Part shown: positions 9,134-17,147 of the stretch, in pieces
How the letters are laid out: each line of letters starts with the position of its first letter
Numbering within the stretch: position 1 is the stretch's first letter
Source of the DNA: a virus
Lineage: Duplodnaviria > Caudoviricetes
Direction: 5' to 3' (one strand)
Virus record (IMG/VR): IMGVR_UViG_3300007988_001053
Coordinates: 1 to 34,925 of that record
DNA: 34,925 nt
The notes under the pieces: model-generated
What the model saw: only the letters and a program-made list of their open reading frames with translations
Database searches by the model: none
What the model was told of the DNA's origin: nothing
Translations under genes and position numbers: made by a program

Positions 9134-12100
9134 TCAGCCCGCTGAGCGCAGGCCCGCATCTTCCAGCACAGACAGCAGCCGATTAACGGCGTCCGGCTCG
9201 CCATTCAGACTGACCGATTTATTACCGCTGGCCGATTGGAGTTTGATGGTGGTTGTGCTGCCAGGGCTGGCTGATTGAGTACGGCCATTGTCGGAGCTGC
9301 TGCCGGCCGACGTGCTGGCCTTGCGCTGCTCTGTAGTTTGCTTTTGTTTTTCGCGCCGGACCTCTTCCAGCACCCGCAGGGCTTCGGTGTATTGGCGCAC
9401 CGCCTCCTGATTGCCGTAGCGCTTGGCTTCTTCGATGGCGTTTTGCAGCTCCTGCCGTTTGTTTTCGTAGTCGCGCTGATTAATCGCGTCCTGATTACCC
9501 TGCAGCCGGTCGAGTTCGGTTTGCAGCTGATCCAGCGTATTGCTCGCTGCATCCTGCATCTGCACCAGCTTTGCGTTGGCATCATCCAGTGCCCCGCGCA
9601 GCTGAGCCAGATCCTGTTCGCCCAGCAGCCCCATCCATTGGGTTGCATTCTGCGCCTGATTAATCAGACCCTGAGTAACACCCTCGCCGCTTTGCAGAGC
9701 GCCCAGATATTGCTCGAATTTTTGCTTTTGCTCGCTGTAGGCCAGCAATGTTGCGGCCTTCGCTTTATTAATATCCGCCGCCGTCTGCGCGAAACTGTCA
9801 CCCACCGTATTATTGGCCGTGACAATCTCTGCACTGTACTGCTGGATAGCCCCGGTCAGATCGTTAACATCAGCCGCGACATCAACCACGCCAGCCATTT
9901 GCAGGAACATAGCCTCCGCTGCCGACCCAAGCTCCGCAACCTCAGCCCGCGCCGCTGAAAAGGTATCCAGCAACTGAGCACCGGCACTGCTCACAGCAAT
10001 AACAGAAACCGAGGCAGAATCCGCAGAGTCAGACACATCATCCAGCGCATCAGCCACTGGCTCCAGACCACTTGCAGCCTGAGCACCAACCTCCTCAGCA
10101 ACATCCGCAACACCCCGCAGGGATTTTTTCAGCTCCTCAACCTGCACATAAGTGACCAGCCCCTGCTGCTGAAATTTGATAAACACTTGCTCCAGCGCCA
10201 ACTTATCGGCTTCTGTTTTTACATTCCGCAGCGCATTTGTAAGCGCCAGCTGGATCGTGTCGCCCGTATCTTTACCCTTAAGGCCCATCTTCAGGATCTC
10301 TTCACCCATGATGGTCAGATCCTTAACGGACTGATCAACCGCATCAGTCACTTTTCCGGCGAGCTGATCATAAGAGACACCCAGCCGCTCTAACGCCGCT
10401 TCAGCACGAGCGGCGTTCAGGTTGTCCAGCAGCCGCTGAAGATACTCAACCTTAAGGCCTGCCGACTTTGTGCCGTCGCCAATTTTTTCCATTGATTCGC
10501 GTATTAGATCGCCAAACCGCAGTTGCTCTGGTTCGCTCAGGCCGTTGATTGCCTGGCGCAGCGTGGTATCAATCTGCTCTGCTGTTAGCTTGCCCTGCTG
10601 CTCTGCACTGCGCAGCGCCAGCACAAAACCACCAACCGCCTCAACACCACCGTTCAGCGCCGCCGTAACCTGATCATCCATGACCGATGCCAGCTTGCCG
10701 TTATCGTCAACCGCTTCTTTCAGAGACTCACTGACACGCTCATAGGCCGCACTCAGCGCACTGGCTTTTATTGCGTGTTCGTCTGAAGCCTCCGCCGCTT
10801 CTTTCTGTTTTTTGGCATATTCCTCAGCCGCCTGAGCCGCCGATAGATACCGGCCTGCCTGCTCATCAATGACAATGGCACCGCTTTTAATGGCAGCATC
10901 CAACTCAGCCATACTTTTAACCGCTACGCCGGTTTGTTCGCTGATTTCTCTGAAGCGGTCAGCCAACCTAAGGCTACTATGGTCTAACTCGGCATTCGCA
11001 TCCCACAACTCTTGCACCGCTTTTTTAAGCGCAGAATAACCCGTCGCCGCCCGATATGTCTGAGCCACAACATTTGTGGCCAAACCAACAACAGCGGCAT
11101 TGCCAGCCTTGCTTAAAAAACCAACCGTAGACCTGACAGCATTGCCGAGTTTTGTAAAAGCACCTATCCCTGTTGTTGCAACCGCCCCAAGCGCCGTACC
11201 CAACCCGGTAACAGCATCACGCGATTGGCGAACTCCCCCAGCCAGAAGCCCAAACGCCCCGGTGGCAGACTTTATATCCGTCACCCAACCGGCAATTTTT
11301 AACGCGATCCATGCCTTTGCCAGCAACGAAAATTCGTCACGCAGGCCAACCAGAGTTTTGACAAAGGATTTAGCTGATTCTGCACCCGCGATAAAGGCAT
11401 CGCTGATCCGCTTCGCCAGTACCTGCAACTGGCCACTACTGGCCATTTCATCAAACCACGCGCCGACATCGCGCAACTGGCCTTTTAAGTATTCCCAAAC
11501 GCCGGCGTCGGCGATCATGCGGTAAAACTGGCTGAAGCGGTCCTGCAGGTTGGATACCAGCCCAGCCATGGCATCCATCTGGCCCTGAGCTTCGCCCATG
11601 TTTTTGCTGGCCATGGCATCAAGCAGCAACTGGATTTCACGGCGCCCCAATTCGCCCGCCGTTGCCATGTCCTGCAGCTCCGGCACGGTTTTGCCAATGG
11701 CATCGCTGAGCAGATCCCACACCGGCACGCCGCGCTCAATTAATTGCAGTGCCTCTTCCTGCTGCAGCTTCTGCTTTGACCACGCCTGGCCGACGGCCAG
11801 AATGATGCCTTCCAGCGTCTCCTGACTGCCACCCATAGCCGCATTAGTATCGACCAGAGCCTGCAGGCTGCCATTGGTTGGATCTATGCCTAAGGTGCGC
11901 AGCTTCAAGAAGGCATCAGCTACACCTTCCAGCTGCTGCGGGGTGTTACGGGCAAACTCTTCAATGTAACCCAGCTCTTCCGGGCTTAATCGCTTACTTA
12001 ATAGCTCAAACTGAGTGCCGGTGTCGTACACGCTGGACGCCAGCGAACGCAGGCCATCGCGCACTTTATCGACAATGGTAACGATACCCAGCAGTGCCGC

Positions 12101-12655
12101 CGCTTTACCAACAAAGCTACCGAAGCTATTGCCGGTTTTTTCTGCTGCTTCTGCGGTTTGATTAAGCCCGGAACGGGCTTTATCCAGCTGTTGTTTATTG
12201 GCTTTTAAGGCACCATTGGTGCGGCCAATACTGTCGGATAAATTCTTTTGCGTGGTTGCCAGGTCGTTTAAATCACCACCGGCTTTTTTAACCGCAGTCT
12301 CTAATTGCGTTACCGACTTTGCACTATCCTGCCATTCTTTTTTCGCGCCTTTGGCTTCTGTTTTCGCCTTTTCTAATGCAAGCGCCAGCTCCGGTGTTTT
12401 ATCCGCCTTAAGGGCTTCTTTCAGCCGGATAACTTCCAACTGGGCAGAATCGAATGCTGCCTCTGCATCCACGGCGGATTTTCGTGCGCCATCGAGCGAA
12501 TCAATCGCGCCTTGCGCCGAATCCAGTTTTACTAATTCTTTTTCCAGCTCACGGGTGCGATTTGTTAAATCCTCTAAATCATCCGACGCTTCTTTTACGC
12601 CCGGTGAAATGGCGTTTTTTACCTGCAGCAGCAGACTAACGATTTTATTGGCCAT
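9134..12655 (-). CDS. Tail tape measure protein
   Basis: 1173 aa, Ala/Leu-rich and helical, with a tape-measure N-terminal domain (FARNTP...LAVGQAWSKQKLQQEEALQLIERGVPVWDLL). Confidence 0.95.
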   Translation of the reverse strand: MANKIVSLLLQVKNAISPGVKEASDDLEDLTNRTRELEKELVKLDSAQGAIDSLDGARKSAVDAEAAFDSAQLEVIRLKEALKADKTPELALALEKAKTEAKGAKKEWQDSAKSVTQLETAVKKAGGDLNDLATTQKNLSDSIGRTNGALKANKQQLDKARSGLNQTAEAAEKTGNSFGSFVGKAAALLGIVTIVDKVRDGLRSLASSVYDTGTQFELLSKRLSPEELGYIEEFARNTPQQLEGVADAFLKLRTLGIDPTNGSLQALVDTNAAMGGSQETLEGIILAVGQAWSKQKLQQEEALQLIERGVPVWDLLSDAIGKTVPELQDMATAGELGRREIQLLLDAMASKNMGEAQGQMDAMAGLVSNLQDRFSQFYRMIADAGVWEYLKGQLRDVGAWFDEMASSGQLQVLAKRISDAFIAGAESAKSFVKTLVGLRDEFSLLAKAWIALKIAGWVTDIKSATGAFGLLAGGVRQSRDAVTGLGTALGAVATTGIGAFTKLGNAVRSTVGFLSKAGNAAVVGLATNVVAQTYRAATGYSALKKAVQELWDANAELDHSSLRLADRFREISEQTGVAVKSMAELDAAIKSGAIVIDEQAGRYLSAAQAAEEYAKKQKEAAEASDEHAIKASALSAAYERVSESLKEAVDDNGKLASVMDDQVTAALNGGVEAVGGFVLALRSAEQQGKLTAEQIDTTLRQAINGLSEPEQLRFGDLIRESMEKIGDGTKSAGLKVEYLQRLLDNLNAARAEAALERLGVSYDQLAGKVTDAVDQSVKDLTIMGEEILKMGLKGKDTGDTIQLALTNALRNVKTEADKLALEQVFIKFQQQGLVTYVQVEELKKSLRGVADVAEEVGAQAASGLEPVADALDDVSDSADSASVSVIAVSSAGAQLLDTFSAARAEVAELGSAAEAMFLQMAGVVDVAADVNDLTGAIQQYSAEIVTANNTVGDSFAQTAADINKAKAATLLAYSEQKQKFEQYLGALQSGEGVTQGLINQAQNATQWMGLLGEQDLAQLRGALDDANAKLVQMQDAASNTLDQLQTELDRLQGNQDAINQRDYENKRQELQNAIEEAKRYGNQEAVRQYTEALRVLEEVRREKQKQTTEQRKASTSAGSSSDNGRTQSASPGSTTTIKLQSASGNKSVSLNGEPDAVNRLLSVLEDAGLRSAG

Positions 12656-12665
12656 GAATTACACC

Positions 12666-12696
12666 AAAAAAAAAGGGCCGCATTTGCGGCCCCTTT
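12666..12696 (-). terminator. Intrinsic terminator closing the TA moron
   Basis: Minus strand GGGCCGC-AAAT-GCGGCCC followed by a 9-T run, about 30 bp after the antitoxin stop. Confidence 0.85.
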
Positions 12697-12722
12697 GAAG
12701 GTAATGATATGTTACAGGCAAA

Positions 12723-13067
12723 TTACGCCTGCTTACGAACTTCCATAAACTGTCTTACGGGTTCAGTGCTTTCGATCTCTGACAACGCCTGATCTAACTG
12801 TCGCAATTCATCATTGAGAATTAGTTTCAGCTCTGAGTTTACGAAGCGGTTCAACAGATCTCGAATCATAGGCTGGTAGCCAATCCCGTGATGCCCTGCG
12901 ATACGCTTGAGGTCGTTAATCAGCTTTTTCTGTAAGCGAATGGAGATCAATTGCATCCCCAGCGCTTCATCCAGCGCCACTGAATCAGACGATACCGCCA
13001 CACTGTCGCTACTTGCGCCAAGCTCGCCGGTTTCCCAGGCCCCGATATCTTTGGTTGTAAATTCCAT
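12723..13067 (-). CDS. BrnA/CopG-like (ribbon-helix-helix) antitoxin
   Basis: AWETGELG...MQLISIRLQKKLINDLKRIA...GIGYQPMIRDLL. ATG at 13067 with an AAGGGGA RBS is preferred over 13088. Confidence 0.8.
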   Translation of the reverse strand: MEFTTKDIGAWETGELGASSDSVAVSSDSVALDEALGMQLISIRLQKKLINDLKRIAGHHGIGYQPMIRDLLNRFVNSELKLILNDELRQLDQALSEIESTEPVRQFMEVRKQA

Positions 13068-13238
13068 ACTGCAATCCCCTTGGATCATCAGCCTTTCGGC
13101 TGTAAATGTTTAGCTCTATTTGATCCGGCTAGTAGGCCACTTTCAAATAGACAACACCCTCTATCAGAACAAAAACTATCTTTAAACTGTGCTTTTTGCT
13201 TGTGTACAAGCACCAATGTCTTTCTCAGCAAACTTCAT
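13068..13238 (-). pseudogene. Fused remnants: start of a second antitoxin allele (MKFAEKDIGA) plus the 3' half of a second toxin allele
   Basis: 13182-13238 reads MKFAEKDIGACTQAKSTV*. From 13206 downward another frame reads YTSKKHSLKIVFVLIEGVVYLKVAY*PDQIELNIY, versus the toxin's YTNKQRRLKIVFVLKEGVVYLKTAYEPNQIEIDIY. Confidence 0.85.
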
Positions 13239-13540
13239 TCCACATCCCCATCGGATCGTTCTCCATGCTGATTATAAATATCTATTTCGATCTGATTAGG
13301 TTCGTAAGCCGTTTTTAGATAGACAACGCCCTCTTTCAGAACAAAAACAATTTTGAGTCTGCGTTGTTTGTTTGTGTAAGATATAAACCACTGAGTTGGC
13401 GGGTTGGTTTTGTGCTTCTCGCGCGGGTCCAATAGCAACTTACCATCGCGGTTTTCAAAGCACTGGCGAACCTCCGCCTCTGTAACCTCATGCTTAGACA
13501 AAAGCTTCTTGTTAATCACTCCACTGATTCTTATTTCCAT
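13235..13540 (-). CDS. BrnT/DUF4258-like toxin (putative RNase)
   Basis: 101 aa: KHEVTEAEVRQCF...TNKQRRLKIVFV...LKTAYEP. Upstream of the RHH antitoxin in an AT-rich cassette. Confidence 0.78.
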   Translation of the reverse strand: MEIRISGVINKKLLSKHEVTEAEVRQCFENRDGKLLLDPREKHKTNPPTQWFISYTNKQRRLKIVFVLKEGVVYLKTAYEPNQIEIDIYNQHGERSDGDVE

Positions 13541-13552
13541 CTACAGCCCTCT

Positions 13553-13592
13553 TGTATATACACATAATATGTATAATAAGCATACTTATCAA
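13553..13592 (-). promoter_or_regulatory. Sigma70 promoter of the TA moron, with a TGTATATACA operator candidate
   Basis: Minus strand TTGATA (13587-13592), 17 bp, TATTAT (13564-13569). Palindrome TGTATATACA at 13553-13562, repeated at 13640-13649. Confidence 0.7.
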
Positions 13593-13651
13593 CCTAAGTT
13601 ACAGACCATACAAGCATACAAGACAACATAGTCACTTACTGTATATACAAT

Positions 13652-13678
13652 GGCGGAGACACATCCTTGTGCCCCGCC
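13652..13678 (-). other. GC-rich hairpin just after the tail tube gene
   Basis: Minus strand GGCGGGGCACA-AGGA-TGTGTCTCCGCC with only a weak U tract. Confidence 0.5.
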
Positions 13679-13682
13679 CTGT

Positions 13683-14426
13683 TTACACGCGGGTGATTTT
13701 CGCGTATCTGGAAACGCCGGCGCCGGTCTTGCTGGCGTCTACCAGCGTAGATCCGGACAGTGCGTTTTCGGCAAAGTCATCCTGAATGAAACCCATGCCC
13801 GCTGTTGGGCTGAATTTGCAGCGGTAGATCTGCACGTTGAACGGCAGGCCGTTGTCGGCATCATTGAAGCCTTCCATGAACAGCTCGTATTCATAGCCGC
13901 TGTTGGTGAGCATTTCGATGGCGCTGTGGGCCTTGCTGGTGTAGCTAACCAGAATGGCCGCCGCGTTGGCGATACTGCCGCCTTCCAGAATACGGATACC
14001 CGCTGCCGTTACGCTGTAATCGACATCAGCCACATAGGCGGTACCGGTTACAGCAGGCTCAACGGTGATGGCTTGCTCCAGATCCGGGATTTTATTGAAC
14101 GGCACCAGACCGCCTTTATAGGCGGTCTGGGGTTCGTCGGTAACTTCTCCACCGGCCACGGCAGAGGCATCGCCGTACAGAGCCATGGCTACCATGTCAT
14201 CGGTGAACGAATGGCCGGTGATGCTAATGCCCATGCTGGACACGCTGTACGCCGTAGCCGCCACTCCGCCACCCGACTGGGTATTGGATTGCAGTGTTTT
14301 TTCATCGACGTCAATCTGCAGCTCGAACGCGCTTGCCTCGCCGATGGGCATTAAGCCCTGGGGAAGATCGCGGCGGCGCAAATGGATTTGGCCTTTACCA
14401 ATAAAGGCTCGCACTTGTTTACTCAT
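13683..14426 (-). CDS. Major tail tube protein
   Basis: 247 aa; AFIGKGQIHL...FMEGFNDADNG...YRCKFSP pattern; lies between the tail terminator and tape measure genes. Confidence 0.85.
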   Translation of the reverse strand: MSKQVRAFIGKGQIHLRRRDLPQGLMPIGEASAFELQIDVDEKTLQSNTQSGGGVAATAYSVSSMGISITGHSFTDDMVAMALYGDASAVAGGEVTDEPQTAYKGGLVPFNKIPDLEQAITVEPAVTGTAYVADVDYSVTAAGIRILEGGSIANAAAILVSYTSKAHSAIEMLTNSGYEYELFMEGFNDADNGLPFNVQIYRCKFSPTAGMGFIQDDFAENALSGSTLVDASKTGAGVSRYAKITRV

Positions 14427-14482
14427 GGGGTTTTCCTCATGTGGGGTTTAACGGTTGGTTTCATCAGGCGAGCCGGTGCGGC

Positions 14483-14914
14483 TCAGAGTTTTTCGAGGTA
14501 TTCAAAGGTGGCCGTGGCGCTGATCAGCGCATAGCCGCTACCTTCTGCCGGGTAGCCTGTATCCAGCTCACCCAACGACGATTTAAGAACCGACACGTCA
14601 GAAAAGGCCGACACCAGAGCAGCTGCCAATTCCAGCCGGATTTTGTCGCAACGCTGCTCTGCATCTGCTGACCAGGGCACAGCAATATCGACGATAAAAG
14701 GCTGCTGCCATTTAATGGACGCCCCTTTGAGATCCAGCATCTGCCCCGGCATAGTCCAGAGCACAGCGGTAAGCTGCGGTTCAGCCGCGCGATTGTCTGG
14801 GTTGCGGATTTGCTCCGGGTTGCAGACAGCGCCGATATTAGCCGCCGAATCAGCACCCAGCGCCAGCAATCGCTGCACGATGGCTTCACGAACCTGAGTT
14901 GTTTTAGTGGTCAT
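14483..14914 (-). CDS. Tail terminator (gpU-like)
   Basis: 143 aa immediately before the tail tube gene; ends ATFEYLEKL. Confidence 0.65.
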   Translation of the reverse strand: MTTKTTQVREAIVQRLLALGADSAANIGAVCNPEQIRNPDNRAAEPQLTAVLWTMPGQMLDLKGASIKWQQPFIVDIAVPWSADAEQRCDKIRLELAAALVSAFSDVSVLKSSLGELDTGYPAEGSGYALISATATFEYLEKL

Positions 14915-14917
14915 AAT

Positions 14918-15502
14918 TTATTCCGGGAAAAGCTGATCGAGCAGCTGAACAGTGGCGGCATTGAGCTGCACCGTGGCGCGCTCTGCGACTTCATTTTCGG
15001 GCAGCGCTAAATATGCCGTGGCAAGTGATGGCCCCATTGCCGTTGTTAGCTGGCCTTTGCGGTATGTGTACACTTTGCCATTGCGCCCAGCCCGCTGATT
15101 ACGGGTGCTGAGCGGCACTCCCTTGGCCAGCGGGTTAACAAAGCCTGCTGCAATTTTTTCAGCGCCACCGATCCAGTTAACTAATATCTGCGCCCGCGTC
15201 GGGTGGCGTGTTGGCCGCGCCCGCCAGGTGTAATCACGCACCGGAATTCCGGAGCCGCTGAAATTAATTCGCGCCGCCGGGTACTGATCGCTGGCTTTTT
15301 TTACGGCTGCATTTTTGCGCACGATAGCCGCCGGGACACCCGTATCGGATGACAGAACCTGAACGATATAAGTGTCGCGCAGTTGTCGCGCCGCATCGGT
15401 TGACGCCTGCTGCGCAAGTTTATCGCCCTGCTTTCCCAGTTCATCCAGCTGACGGATGATTTCCGTTAAGCCGGTAGCGGTTACGGTGCTGCGCTTACTC
15501 AT
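14918..15502 (-). CDS. Tail completion/neck protein (lambda gpZ or HK97 gp10-like)
   Basis: Basic 194-aa protein with TGLTEIIRQLDEL start. ATG at 15502 overlaps the upstream gene end. Confidence 0.65.
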   Translation of the reverse strand: MSKRSTVTATGLTEIIRQLDELGKQGDKLAQQASTDAARQLRDTYIVQVLSSDTGVPAAIVRKNAAVKKASDQYPAARINFSGSGIPVRDYTWRARPTRHPTRAQILVNWIGGAEKIAAGFVNPLAKGVPLSTRNQRAGRNGKVYTYRKGQLTTAMGPSLATAYLALPENEVAERATVQLNAATVQLLDQLFPE

Positions 15503-16037
15503 ATTGTAAAAACTGCACCCAGGCACGGGTAACAACGGTGTCAGTGCCTTCGGTGTCTATCTCTGTAATTTTCATGCGCGCACCGGCCACTACAAACTCA
15601 TGGCCCGGTTGCGGGCGATACTGTGCGTTACAGAACTCAGCCCGACGCCGCTGCTCCGCAGGCAATAAGGCATTACCCGATGGCTTGGTCGAATATTCCA
15701 GCAGCGCAACCAGAACGCTGATTTCGTTAGCGCTGCCCGGATTAATAACAGCGGGCGCTCCGATAAGCCGCCGCGCACTACAGAGCAGATCCTGCTGCTT
15801 TCCGGATGGGTCGGCCGCATGAGTAATCAGCATTAAACGGCCGTTACGTTCAGAGAAATAGCATCCGCTCCGCACAGATTCGGTATAGCGGCAGCGCACC
15901 CCTATTTGCCCGCTTTGCAGCAAGCCCGGTTCAAATCCGGCCGCCTCTGGCTCTGTGATGCCGATCAGCAACGTGCTGATGACTGCACCATCGGGGCTGA
16001 GCAGGTCGGCTTCTGTGTTCAGTTTTCCTACTCGCAT
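15495..16037 (-). CDS. Head-tail adaptor/head closure protein
   Basis: MRVGKL start typical of SPP1 gp16-like proteins; follows the gp6-like gene. Confidence 0.7.
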   Translation of the reverse strand: MRVGKLNTEADLLSPDGAVISTLLIGITEPEAAGFEPGLLQSGQIGVRCRYTESVRSGCYFSERNGRLMLITHAADPSGKQQDLLCSARRLIGAPAVINPGSANEISVLVALLEYSTKPSGNALLPAEQRRRAEFCNAQYRPQPGHEFVVAGARMKITEIDTEGTDTVVTRAWVQFLQYE

Positions 16038-16579
16038 CAGCGCACCCGGTAATGTGTGATAAGAGAATCGACGTACTTCATTTTTGTAGTAATTGTGCCG
16101 GACACTTCAGATTCCCGATGTTCGTACATACTGCCGACTTTAAGCAGCATCCATTTTTTTATGCTCGCCGGGACGGCTGCCGCATCGGCATATCCGGCGC
16201 GGTATTGCAGTACCACACGAGCACCGCAAAACCGGCGGGATACAATCAGCGGATTGTCGCCGGGGTAAAACTCCAGCTCCCCGGCGGCAATGAGTGCCGC
16301 ATGGTCAACCGCCTCACCATTAATGCTGACCGATACCAGATCCAGCGCTGGCCATTTTTCCAGCGGGATTTCGTACTGCCCGGATGGAATAAGCTGCTGC
16401 CAGGTCTGCGGCATTAATGCCCGGCCTGTAACATTTTCGGCAAGCTCACGGGCAGCCTGTATGTACTGCTCAAACAGAGTGTCGTGCTGGTCGTGTGTTA
16501 CCACACGGTCAGTCTTTACCTGTTCCAGCGCCAGCGGCTCAGCTTCCGGCCCGGTGATTAAGGTGCTGCGGATTTCCAT
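16037..16579 (-). CDS. Head-tail connector (HK97 gp6-like)
   Basis: EPLALEQVK...YIQAARELAENVTGRAL...AGY...VPASIKKWMLLKVGSMYEHRES. Confidence 0.9.
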   Translation of the reverse strand: MEIRSTLITGPEAEPLALEQVKTDRVVTHDQHDTLFEQYIQAARELAENVTGRALMPQTWQQLIPSGQYEIPLEKWPALDLVSVSINGEAVDHAALIAAGELEFYPGDNPLIVSRRFCGARVVLQYRAGYADAAAVPASIKKWMLLKVGSMYEHRESEVSGTITTKMKYVDSLITHYRVR

Positions 16580-16589
16580 GGATTAGCCC

Positions 16590-17018
16590 TTAGCCCGCGA
16601 CGATCGTGCCGGCCAACGGTTCGGCGGGTTGGTCTTTAGCGTCGAAGCCCAGCACCAGAATGCCGGTTTTTACGCTGCCGCCCGTGGTTGTGAGTTTGGC
16701 GCGAATGAAACGGAAACCGCCGTTTACGTCCAGTTCGTTGGCTTTCAGGTTCACCTGCACTGGGGTATCGGTTGCCAGATCCACGGCGGCATGACCATCA
16801 ATGGCTTTGGCATCGCTGAACGCAGCCGTGGTGGCCTGTTCCAGCGTTAAGGTGCCAGCAGTGGCTACAGTGCCAACCGCCATCACCAACATGACATTGA
16901 TAAACATGGACATATCGACCACGCCGGTGGTGTAGCTGTTGTCTGCTGCATGGGTATCGGATTTCAGCATGGCCACAACCGGGGCGCGCAGCGATGGTTT
17001 GAGGTTCGGATTGCTCAT
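16590..17018 (-). CDS. Putative capsid decoration/minor head protein, 142 aa
   Basis: ATG at 17018 with an AGGAG RBS; beta-rich; directly after the major capsid gene. Confidence 0.6.
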   Translation of the reverse strand: MSNPNLKPSLRAPVVAMLKSDTHAADNSYTTGVVDMSMFINVMLVMAVGTVATAGTLTLEQATTAAFSDAKAIDGHAAVDLATDTPVQVNLKANELDVNGGFRFIRAKLTTTGGSVKTGILVLGFDAKDQPAEPLAGTIVAG

Positions 17019-17147
17019 TCTGTATTCTCCTGCGGTTGCCCGCGTTGCGATTTGAAACAGGGTGAAACGTTGCACGTAACGCCAGTGAAGCGTTACGCAG
17101 GATAGGTGCAACGGCAGGCAATGCCTGCCGTTACTGGGTTGCGCGGG

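Noticed and set aside
7861-9186. 441-aa plus-strand ORF and the many other antisense ORFs over structural genes
   Set aside because: Shadow frames of GC-rich tail and head genes, with no recognisable motifs.
13036-13378. Diverged repeat as a DGR template/variable repeat pair
   Set aside because: Differences are not adenine-specific, many are synonymous, and no reverse transcriptase is present in the window.
13639-13654. CTGTATATACA as a LexA box
   Set aside because: Only one half-site is present, with no CAG at the required spacing; better explained as the TA operator palindrome.
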